In this document: piece by piece, positions 56,540-64,000 of the stretch
How positions within the stretch are numbered: position 1 is the stretch's first letter
Layout of the letters: the number at the start of each line of letters is the position of its first letter
Notes under the pieces: generated by a model
Databases searched by the model: none
Told to the model about the DNA's origin: nothing
What the model saw: the letters and a program-made list of their open reading frames with translations, nothing else
Made by a program: the position numbers and the translations under genes
Source: a bacterium
Lineage (GTDB): Bacteria > Patescibacteriota > UBA1384 > CAILIB01
Direction of reading: 5' to 3'
DNA: 64,000 nt
NCBI GenBank assembly: GCA_037131105.1
Contig: JBAXRQ010000001.1
Span: 2,039-66,038, forward strand

Positions 56540-56570
56540 ACCTTGCTTAAACCTGTAAAATCCGCTATTC

Positions 56571-57464
56571 TTGGGCCACTTAATACTTATAGACCCATTT
56601 CCCATGATTGATCTTATCGCAGCCGGCTGGGAGGGCTATGAGCTCATCGACAGCGGCGAGGGCAAGCGCCTGGAGCGTTTCGGCCCCCATACCGTCGTCC
56701 GGCCTGACCCCAACATCATCTGGGTCAAGAGCAATCCTGACAATGCCGCCTGGTCCACGCCTGATCTCGAGTACTTGGGCAAGAAGGAAGAACCCTGGAA
56801 AGCCAGCGCCGAGATCCACCAGGGCTGGGATGTCGCCTACGGTAAATCCCGCTTCCTCCTGAAGCCCACCAGCTTCCGGCACGTTGGACTCTTCCCTGAG
56901 CAACAGGCTCATTGGGACTGGATAGAGGAGAAGGTGAAAGCTGCGGTAAAGGAGGGGCGCAAGCCCAAGGTGCTCAACCTCTTCGCCTACACTGGTGCCT
57001 CCAGCGTCATCGCCGCCCGGGCCGGCGCCCAGGTCACTCATGTCGATGCCTCAAAGGCCAGCGTCTACAAGGCGCGCGAGAACGGGGTAGCTTCAGGTCT
57101 GGCTGAAGACGCCATCCGCTGGATAGTGGACGATGTGCTGAAGTTCATGCTGCGCGAGGTGCGTCGCGGTAATCATTACGACATGATCCTTATGGACCCG
57201 CCGGTATTTGGGCGGGGACCAAAGGGGGAGATCTGGCGTATTGAAGTAGGTATCACTGAACTAGCTGTCCTTACCTCCCAGCTTCTTACTGAAAAACCTA
57301 TAGGCGTCCTGGCCAATGTCTATGCTACCGCTCTCTATCCCCAGGCCGTACTACGGGTCTTCGAGGACGCCCTTCCTACCATGAAATGCGAGCTGGGCTG
57401 CCTCTCTCTTAAAGAAACATCAAGCGGAAAGCTGCTCCCCACCGGCTATTTCGTTCGGGCATAG
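56571..57464 (+). CDS. class I SAM-dependent RNA methyltransferase (RlmI/YccW-like, without PUA domain)
   Basis: VLNLFAYTGASSV (motif I), ILMDPPVFGRG (motif IV DPP). The start may be the internal Met at 56604. Confidence 0.7.
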   Translation: MGHLILIDPFPMIDLIAAGWEGYELIDSGEGKRLERFGPHTVVRPDPNIIWVKSNPDNAAWSTPDLEYLGKKEEPWKASAEIHQGWDVAYGKSRFLLKPTSFRHVGLFPEQQAHWDWIEEKVKAAVKEGRKPKVLNLFAYTGASSVIAARAGAQVTHVDASKASVYKARENGVASGLAEDAIRWIVDDVLKFMLREVRRGNHYDMILMDPPVFGRGPKGEIWRIEVGITELAVLTSQLLTEKPIGVLANVYATALYPQAVLRVFEDALPTMKCELGCLSLKETSSGKLLPTGYFVRA

Positions 57465-57575
57465 TTCTCACATTTTTTCGTAATATGGCTGACATAGTGC
57501 GTCCGTAAGGTAATGGTGTCGCAGGGTTTATCCCCGGTCGAGGCGGCAGACACCATTCACATAAACGGAGCATTT

Positions 57576-58139
57576 ATGCCGAAGTCACTTTTTCGGAGAT
57601 ACCTGCTTGCCACCTTTGTACTGTTAGCCTGGTTAGGGTTTGTGGTTGAAGGTAGCCATGCCTTGCTTTCTTCAAGCGCTACCCTGGCGGGAAATACCAT
57701 CACCACGGGAAGTATTAACCTGCAGATAAGTAATTCGCAAAGCGCCACTTCTACGACCTATGCCGACAGTCGACCAGGATTCAACCTGGTGCTGACGCCG
57801 GGACAGTCACAGGAAAGCTACTTTTTCGTTAAGAACACCAGCCCTATGCCAGCTCCGCTGGACATAGACGCCCTGGCGGTCATCCAAGCGGCCAACCCAG
57901 ACATGGCCGGCGCCGTGACACTGGAGATCGTCTCGGTTGACGCGGCAGGTGTGATAAATGGCGTGCCGGTAAGTACTACGCTTGCTGACCTGACCGCCCG
58001 TCATCTGTCCATACCGGTGATAGTTCCCACCTCTGCTACCCAGCGGTTCAAGCTGAAGGCCACCCTGGCCTCTTCGTATACGGCCGCTAATCAGTCGATA
58101 GGATATGACCTGGTGCTCACGGGTACCCAGCGTAGTTAG
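57576..58139 (+). CDS. secreted protein with a SipW-cognate-type signal peptide (TasA/camelysin-like)
   Basis: MPKSLFRRYLLATFVLLAWLGFVVEGSHALLSSSATLAGNTITTGSI... The motif after the h-region resembles the TFTAGTL signature of SipW-cognate peptides. RBS ACGGAG. It is immediately followed by a SipW-like peptidase. Confidence 0.55.
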   Translation: MPKSLFRRYLLATFVLLAWLGFVVEGSHALLSSSATLAGNTITTGSINLQISNSQSATSTTYADSRPGFNLVLTPGQSQESYFFVKNTSPMPAPLDIDALAVIQAANPDMAGAVTLEIVSVDAAGVINGVPVSTTLADLTARHLSIPVIVPTSATQRFKLKATLASSYTAANQSIGYDLVLTGTQRS

Positions 58140-58650
58140 GCGTGTTCTAGGGGCCTTCCTGGGCCTCCTAGGCGTCTACCTACTGCTCCTGCCCTTGGCG
58201 GTTCGGAGTCTGCGCTACGAAGTGATACTTTCTGGCAGCATGGCGCCAGGACTGCCGGTAGGGAGCCTGATAGTGGTGAGAGAGCTGCCCGCGTCACAGT
58301 ACCAGGTTGGGGATGTAGTGAGCTTCAAGGTTCCTAGTCGTCCCTCCGAGGTGGTCACCCACCGCCTGGTGCGACTGTACCGAGACGAGCAGGGTTTGAG
58401 ATTGGCGAAGACGAAGGGGGATGCTAACACCAATGGCGACCCTTGGACACTGAGCCTGGGCAATATCATGGGGAAGGAGGTGGCGGTCATCCCGTGGCTG
58501 GGATACCTAGCCATAGTCATGCGTCTGCCAAGCGGCTTCTTGGCTGCGGCTGCACTTTCCCTGGTTTTTCTGGTGCTGCCTGAGATGTGGGCCTTGTGGT
58601 CCGAGCCAGTGGCACAGAATGCCGCGGGAACACCTGGGACGGAGGTATAA
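58105..58650 (+). CDS. sipW: signal peptidase I, SipW/archaeal type (S26B)
   Basis: TM helix followed by catalytic ILSGSMAPGLPVGSLIVV (SGSM(A/E)P), a GD motif and a C-terminal TM. Overlaps the upstream gene by 35 nt. Confidence 0.65.
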   Translation: MTWCSRVPSVVRRVLGAFLGLLGVYLLLLPLAVRSLRYEVILSGSMAPGLPVGSLIVVRELPASQYQVGDVVSFKVPSRPSEVVTHRLVRLYRDEQGLRLAKTKGDANTNGDPWTLSLGNIMGKEVAVIPWLGYLAIVMRLPSGFLAAAALSLVFLVLPEMWALWSEPVAQNAAGTPGTEV

Positions 58651-58694
58651 TTCCGTCCCAGGGTCCCATTATTTATCTGGATAATGCGAATCGT

Positions 58695-59180
58695 ATGAGA
58701 CTACTTGAAAAGAAGGTGTTAGTACTACTGACTGACGGTGTGGACCATGCCGAGTATGCCCAGATCAGAAAGGGTTTTGAGCGCGAGGAGGCTACCGTCA
58801 TGGTTACCTCTCCCCAGGAGAGTCTTTCAATAGAGACCATTAGCGGTAGTCGTAGGGGACCGGATATCCTGGTGGATATTCCCTTCGAAGCAGTGGAGGA
58901 GTTGGCCTTTGACGGCCTGATCATTCCTGACGGGATACTCTCCACCGAGCTGATGCGCAAAGACGTAAGGGTGATTACCATGATCCATGGGTTCCACCAG
59001 AAGCAGCTGCCTATATTTGCCTCAGGAAACGCTGTGCAGCTCCTTTATGATAGTCAGGTGCTGTCCGAGCAGGTCGTAGTGCGTGAGGGGACACCGCTGG
59101 GATTATTTGTGGACAAGGCGGTCGAGGTACTGCTTGATCGGGCGCCTTATAGTCACATATATCGACCAACGATGGCTTGA
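58695..59180 (+). CDS. DJ-1/PfpI-family protein (class I glutamine-amidotransferase-like fold)
   Basis: KKVLVLLTDGVDHAEYAQI...DGLIIPDG.... The nucleophile position reads IFASGNA, Ser in place of the usual Cys. Confidence 0.5.
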   Translation: MRLLEKKVLVLLTDGVDHAEYAQIRKGFEREEATVMVTSPQESLSIETISGSRRGPDILVDIPFEAVEELAFDGLIIPDGILSTELMRKDVRVITMIHGFHQKQLPIFASGNAVQLLYDSQVLSEQVVVREGTPLGLFVDKAVEVLLDRAPYSHIYRPTMA

Positions 59181-59896
59181 TGGGCTTCCCATTCCATGGT
59201 GTCATCAAGCTTGGCGAGGGGTTGGTCGATACCCTTGTGAGTAAGAGCCTTTTGGATCAGCCAGTCAGCTAAGTGGGGATTTTTGGGAAGGAGTGAACCA
59301 TGGAGATAGCAGCCGATGGAGGAGTAGACACAACAGCCTTCGGTACCGTCACTGCCATTGTTACCACCCCCGTGGCGTACCGTGCCGAGAGGAAAATCGA
59401 TACTTACATCGATAGACGATGTATTACCGCTGTGATTCTCAAAACCAACGATAGTGGGATGCTCCTCGCCAAGGCTCAGCCGAGGATCTGCAGTAAGCAC
59501 GAGGTCGCCGATAAGCCGCTTTGAACCTGCAACCGTAGTGACAGGAAATAGTCCTAGACCTGGTATTTGAGGTCCTTCGGCGGGCTGGTAACTACTCCCT
59601 AGTAGCTGGTATCCACCGCAAATGGCCAGAATGGGCACTCCTGCCCTGGCGTCGTTCAGGATGCGCTGCCCCTTTTTACCGATAAGGTCGTTTCCGACGC
59701 TGGTCTGGGCTACGTCTTGTCCTCCGCCGAAGAAATAGAGGTCGATATCAGCGGGTATCTCCTCGCCGATCTCTATGGGGATCACAGTGACAGCTATGTT
59801 GCGCCACTCACAACGGCGTACCAGACAGGTAATGTTACCTAGGTCGCCATAGGTGCTCATTGTCTGGGGGTAGAGGTGGGCGATGCGAAGGGACAT
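59153..59896 (-). CDS. gatD: lipid II isoglutaminyl synthase glutaminase subunit GatD (CobQ-type GATase)
   Basis: ...VPILAICGGYQLLG... catalytic Cys. Immediately downstream of the murT-like gene. Confidence 0.8.
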   Translation of the reverse strand: MSLRIAHLYPQTMSTYGDLGNITCLVRRCEWRNIAVTVIPIEIGEEIPADIDLYFFGGGQDVAQTSVGNDLIGKKGQRILNDARAGVPILAICGGYQLLGSSYQPAEGPQIPGLGLFPVTTVAGSKRLIGDLVLTADPRLSLGEEHPTIVGFENHSGNTSSIDVSIDFPLGTVRHGGGNNGSDGTEGCCVYSSIGCYLHGSLLPKNPHLADWLIQKALTHKGIDQPLAKLDDTMEWEAHQAIVGRYM

Positions 59897-60051
59897 GGGC
59901 TTGTCTTACGGCTGCTTAAAGAATGGAATATTCACCGAAGCTTGCGAAGGGAGAGGAAGCGTATCGGATATACGGTGACGAGACCTGAGTCGTCTGTAGT
60001 TGGTTCGGTGGGGATTCCACTTGCTTGAGGAGTCGTAAGACAAGTCCATAG

Positions 60052-61425
60052 TTATTCTTTCCAATAGTACTGTTTGATACCTAGTTTTTGTAGTAGACTT
60101 TGCAGCTCGATACTGGCGGTATAGGTGGAGAGAACATAGGTGACTGAGGATGATGAGGCGGCTAGTCGGTCAAGGGCGTCAGATAAGGAAATAGCGTGTA
60201 CGGATTCGCCGACATAGCCGGCATACTTCATGCGTAGGCGGATATCCGCCGACCGTGTGCCTGCACAGGCGACTATGCAGGGAAGTGACGAGATCAGCTC
60301 GTAAGGTGTGTCCCAGTACCAGGAAACATCTTGACCGTCGGCGAAGTCGTCGTTGACGAGGAGTCCTAGGCTGAAGGGACGTTTCTCCTGGGCGATGGTG
60401 CGTAGTACTTCAGTTGCCCCGGCTGGGTTCTTGACCAGGCAGAGCACAAGCTCCTTGTCCTTGTAGGTGAGGCGCTCAAAACGGCCGAAGACTGACTGGA
60501 ACTTCGAGAGAACAGTGACAATGTGATCAGTGGGTATGCCCAGTAGAAGTCCGGCTGCGCTGGCTGCTAGGGCGTTATAGATATTGTAGAGACCTGGCAA
60601 AGGAAGGGTTGTCGAAAAGTTCTTGTCACCTCTTGTAATGGTGAATGAGCTGCCGGTGGCGGCATCTTGTGTGATAGCGGCGGCACTTATCTGAAGCGGG
60701 GGGCGGGAAAAGCCGGTGCCGTCATCGTATTCCCCCAGGTGGGAAAGATAGTAGCGACTATAGTGAAGGGGAAGATGAGAGGAAGGAGAAAGATAGGCGT
60801 CTACCGAGGAGGTGGCGGCATCAGTGGCAACGGATGGATCATCCAGTCCGTAGTACATGGTATGGGGGTGATTCAGTTGCGTGCCCAGCCAGGCAAGATT
60901 GGGGTCGTCGGCACAAATGAGTAGCTGGCACTCAGGGGGAAGGTCTTTCTTGAGTGCCTCAAGCCATTTGCTGGCAATACTGTCTACTTCTCCGTAGCGG
61001 TCAAGTTGATCACGGAAGAGATTATGGAGGATGATCAGCCGGGGTTTGACGTTCAGGAGAGTAGCGGGGAGAACGGCTTCGTCTACCTCGAGAATGGCCG
61101 CCTTAGCCCGGACGGTTCCGCTCCAGCTGGTAGCGGCCAGGAAGGCAGCCAGATGTCCACGGGTAAGATTGGAGCCGCTGCGATTATGTACGATGGCCTC
61201 TTCCCCCAAGAGGGCTGCCAGCATGCGGCTGGTAGTGGTCTTACCGTTGGTCCCACAGACGAGCGTAACTCCTTCTGAGCATTGGCGACTGAGGTCAGAG
61301 AGCAGGCTGGGAGAGAGGCGAGCGGAAATCAGTCCCGGCAGGGCACCGCCTCCAGAACGGAACATACGGAGCAGTGAGAGTGTGGACTTGCCGGCGACAA
61401 GCGCTAAGTATGAACGTGGGGTCAT
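60052..61425 (-). CDS. murT: lipid II isoglutaminyl synthase MurT (Mur-ligase family)
   Basis: Walker A CGTNGKTTTSRMLAALL, Mur-ligase central domain and the MurT C-terminal domain. The start is taken at MTPRSYLALVAG. The ORF track extends to 61611. Confidence 0.8.
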   Translation of the reverse strand: MTPRSYLALVAGKSTLSLLRMFRSGGGALPGLISARLSPSLLSDLSRQCSEGVTLVCGTNGKTTTSRMLAALLGEEAIVHNRSGSNLTRGHLAAFLAATSWSGTVRAKAAILEVDEAVLPATLLNVKPRLIILHNLFRDQLDRYGEVDSIASKWLEALKKDLPPECQLLICADDPNLAWLGTQLNHPHTMYYGLDDPSVATDAATSSVDAYLSPSSHLPLHYSRYYLSHLGEYDDGTGFSRPPLQISAAAITQDAATGSSFTITRGDKNFSTTLPLPGLYNIYNALAASAAGLLLGIPTDHIVTVLSKFQSVFGRFERLTYKDKELVLCLVKNPAGATEVLRTIAQEKRPFSLGLLVNDDFADGQDVSWYWDTPYELISSLPCIVACAGTRSADIRLRMKYAGYVGESVHAISLSDALDRLAASSSSVTYVLSTYTASIELQSLLQKLGIKQYYWKE

Positions 61426-61644
61426 GTACTTACTATAGCCAGGTCGGAGGGCAAAGGCCAGGCGAAAAGAAGCCTGACAATCTCGCTTGTGTTTTCCAAG
61501 CGGTATGTTATATTTTAGCTGTCGCTCAGGCGACTCATGATGACAAGTAAGACGGAGGTACATAAGAGGAAATCTAGCGGTGCAGGTACCCGCATGAAGG
61601 GGAGCGTGCACAAGTATATCTACAGATCAGTTCACAGCAATTAT

Positions 61645-61989
61645 ATGGAAGAACAGGCACAGCAGTTCAAAGTGTTCGTAGGAAATCTGCCCTACTCAAT
61701 CTCCGAGGCCAAGCTCAAAGAAGTATTCATGGAAGTCGGAGGCTTTGAGGCGGACCAGATCACTGAAGTCATTATTCTTAAGGAGAAGAATCCATCCGAT
61801 CCTTCTCTGCCACCTCGCTCCCGCGGTATCGGCTTCGTAGGCTTCACCACTAAGGAAGCTATGGAGCAGTCCATCGAGAAGGTGAACGGCACCGAAGTCG
61901 ACTACGAGATGCGTGGTGAGGCTATGAAGCGCCCCATCTTCGTCAACGAGGCCCGTCCTTACGTTCCACGAGATCAGCGCGAGGCCTAA
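61645..61989 (+). CDS. RRM-type RNA-binding protein
   Basis: RNP2 KVFVGNL and RNP1-like RGIGFVGF. The start is taken at the internal MEEQAQQ. The ORF track starts at 61537. Confidence 0.55.
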   Translation: MEEQAQQFKVFVGNLPYSISEAKLKEVFMEVGGFEADQITEVIILKEKNPSDPSLPPRSRGIGFVGFTTKEAMEQSIEKVNGTEVDYEMRGEAMKRPIFVNEARPYVPRDQREA

Positions 61990-62069
61990 TTGGCACCTGC
62001 AAGACGAAAGAAAGCCCTGGCTCAGGCCGGGGCTTTTGTTATGCCCGCGTACAGTTGTATACTAGGTGT

Positions 62070-62528
62070 ATGCAAACTCGTGTAGCAGTCCTGATCCTTG
62101 CTCTTCTCGCCATTGTACTGGTGGGACTTCTCGGTACTGAAGCCTATCTGAGCTACCACAAGGGCCAGGAGGCTGCTACATCAGCTCTCGCGACTCCCAC
62201 GCCAAGCCCCTCGGCTACTCCGAAGGGCGTCACTACCGTCTATTCGGATAATCTCACTACCATTGTCACTTCTAACGGGATAGTGGCTGATTTTGCCAAG
62301 GACAAGGTCCAGGTTATCATAGGTTTTCCCGAAGACGGGTCCGCCCTATTAGCTAAGGGGCCCTTGCCAGGTAGTGGAGCCGGTGTAACGTATCGCTATA
62401 CTCTTTCTACTGAAACAGTGAAGGCCGCCAATGCCGCCTGCGCATCGAGCACTGACCTGCCATGCCGCATTCAAGAGTATATGAAGGCAGCTGATCAGAT
62501 CAAGTCGATTGCAGCTACTTCCATCTAG
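62070..62528 (+). CDS. hypothetical membrane-anchored protein
   Basis: The N-terminal TM VAVLILALLAIVLVGLL is followed by a Thr/Pro/Ser linker. Confidence 0.4.
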   Translation: MQTRVAVLILALLAIVLVGLLGTEAYLSYHKGQEAATSALATPTPSPSATPKGVTTVYSDNLTTIVTSNGIVADFAKDKVQVIIGFPEDGSALLAKGPLPGSGAGVTYRYTLSTETVKAANAACASSTDLPCRIQEYMKAADQIKSIAATSI

Positions 62529-62611
62529 AGGCGGATAGCTGGGGGACAATGAAAAGGACTGGTCGCACGGCCAGTCCTTTCTGTTCTTCGATGGATGAAA
62601 GGATCTCTGCT

Positions 62612-64000
62612 TTATTTCTTCTTGGTAGCTGGCGTCGTACTAGTGTTACAGCTTCCGACAATGTTGTGGTCCCCAGGCTTGAGAAATACTACAATTACTT
62701 CGTTCGGCTCAAAGTCTATGGTGGCATTGCATACGTTGAAGCTGCCGGTGTGGTCGATGCTTACCGATAGGCGACCCTTCTCGTTCATATTCATGGGATT
62801 GATGACACCGCTACTGTCAGTCTCTCCCTTATAATAGCTGCTGCCATCCTTTTTATCGATGACGCGAACCTGGGTCCCTGGTACAGCACGATGGGTGGTA
62901 GCATTGATGACGTGGAACTCTACATTGTAGTTTGGCAGAGTCCCAGGAGGAATGACTGGAGGGGTGCCATAGGTTGGTGTAAGGTCACAGGACTCTTCGC
63001 TGCCGAGGTCACCATAACTTAGGGTGACGGAAATGGAGATTCCGGGCTTGAAGGATACTTCTGCGGTACAGCCTGCATAATCTGACCGCTGGGCCTGGAA
63101 GGTGAAGGTCTGGAGATCGTTGCCGCTGTACATCAGGAAGGTAAGGGTGCTGTCGCCGCCAGTGGATCCCTTGTCATATCCATCGACAAAGATCGAGGCA
63201 GAGTCCATGGGGGTGTAGCCCTCGCTACTCAGTACAGTGACCTTTACGGGATAGGGAGGGGCAGTACCGGTAGGGGGATCGCCTCCGCCGGGTGGAGGGG
63301 GTTTTCCATCTCCAGGTGTAGTGGGTTTACCACCGCCAAGACCAGCCGTGCAGGAGTCGGTGCCCTTGGCCATGCGTATGGTAAGGGCGGCCCCAGGGGT
63401 AAAGCTAAGCTGGCTATTGCAGTCCTTGTAGCCAGTGGCAGCCACGCTTATGGAGTAGGTGCCCCGGTTGTTCATGTTGAAGGTAAGGGTGCCTGTGGCG
63501 GTGGTCATGCCCTTGTTCACATAGACAGGAGGGGTGTCTGCAGCGAAAGCTGTAAAGTCTTTAAGGAAGGGGTTTAATGCTGCTGTGGCTGGAGGGTCGA
63601 CCACGCTCACCGTGGCGTTTGGCACTGGGTTGTTGGTTTGGTCGACTACGCTGGCGCTGACACTGAAGGAGGCTACATGATTCGGAGCGTTGGTGCCGGT
63701 GCCGTTTATTGGGTCGTTGGTGCCCGGGGTATTAGGACTCGAAGTGGTGATGTCGTTGCCGACGGTGATGCCGATCCTGATGATAAAGAAGGTGGCCACA
63801 ACGATGGCAATACCGATGACCGCATTAATGATGCCTTGACGGGCTACTTTCGCCTTCTCAGGATTGCCGTTGGAGGTGATGTATTGGACGCCGTTATATA
63901 TGATGTATAGTACTGCTAGAGCACCGGCCAGCAGGGTGATGATAGTAAAGGCCTGCGTATAAATGGTTCCGATAAGGGCTACCGCATCTGAATTTCCCAC
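62612..64000 (-). CDS. giant T4SS-pilin-like fusion protein (partial; N-terminus beyond window end)
   Basis: The visible N-terminal portion LIGTIYTQAFTIITLLAGALAVLYIIYNGVQYITSNGNPEKAKVARQGIINAVIGIAIVVATFFIIR is homologous to the 139-aa pilin-like protein at 51723. It continues into a >380-aa Thr/Pro/Gly-rich beta-rich extracellular region. Confidence 0.55.
   Translation of the reverse strand: MGNSDAVALIGTIYTQAFTIITLLAGALAVLYIIYNGVQYITSNGNPEKAKVARQGIINAVIGIAIVVATFFIIRIGITVGNDITTSSPNTPGTNDPINGTGTNAPNHVASFSVSASVVDQTNNPVPNATVSVVDPPATAALNPFLKDFTAFAADTPPVYVNKGMTTATGTLTFNMNNRGTYSISVAATGYKDCNSQLSFTPGAALTIRMAKGTDSCTAGLGGGKPTTPGDGKPPPPGGGDPPTGTAPPYPVKVTVLSSEGYTPMDSASIFVDGYDKGSTGGDSTLTFLMYSGNDLQTFTFQAQRSDYAGCTAEVSFKPGISISVTLSYGDLGSEESCDLTPTYGTPPVIPPGTLPNYNVEFHVINATTHRAVPGTQVRVIDKKDGSSYYKGETDSSGVINPMNMNEKGRLSVSIDHTGSFNVCNATIDFEPNEVIVVFLKPGDHNIVGSCNTSTTPATKKK

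Overview
This 64-kb bacterial window is gene-dense and has moderately high GC. Its gene repertoire looks like a small-genome, Gram-positive-like or Patescibacteria/CPR-like organism (type IV pilins, T4SS-pilin-like proteins, a sortase with LAxTG substrates, murT/gatD, SipW plus a cognate substrate), but taxonomy cannot be fixed from sequence alone.

Most of the window is housekeeping. It holds rpsA (partial, runs off the window edge), comM/yifB, an HtpX-like M48 peptidase, rpsO and pnp, nrnA, ychF, ftsK, a RodZ-like protein, recA-recX, secG, murT-gatD, an RlmI-like methyltransferase, a PAS-GGDEF-EAL signalling protein and nine tRNA genes. Five of the tRNAs form a minus-strand cluster together with secG.

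The cell-surface repertoire is large. There are two tandem type IV pilins directly downstream of an unusual membrane-anchored Hsp100/Clp-like ATPase, one sortase with two LAxTG-type (LAKTG, LAGTG) surface proteins, one SipW-type signal peptidase with a cognate TasA-like substrate, one T4SS-pilin-like small protein, and a giant paralogue of that pilin at the window edge.

The most unusual region is an accessory-looking island at about 28.0-37.0 kb. It contains an RHH antitoxin followed by a decayed PIN-domain (vapC) gene, then two tandem paralogous small proteins of unknown family. These are followed by a 1344-aa protein ending in a MoxR-like AAA+ domain with non-canonical Walker motifs, and an adjacent 1038-aa protein that combines a transglutaminase-like Cys-His-Asp core with a C-terminal vWA/MIDAS domain.

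Three further observations stand out:
- Several tRNA genes (Leu-GAG, Ile-UAU, Pro-CGG; degenerate versions at Val and Leu-CAG) are followed 80-180 bp downstream by a direct copy of their own 3' end. This is an att-site-like scar, and in two cases the copy has its own terminator.
- tRNA-Ile has anticodon UAU.
- The PEP-synthase-like protein has the phospho-carrier histidine replaced by proline.

No rRNA, CRISPR array or transposase was found.
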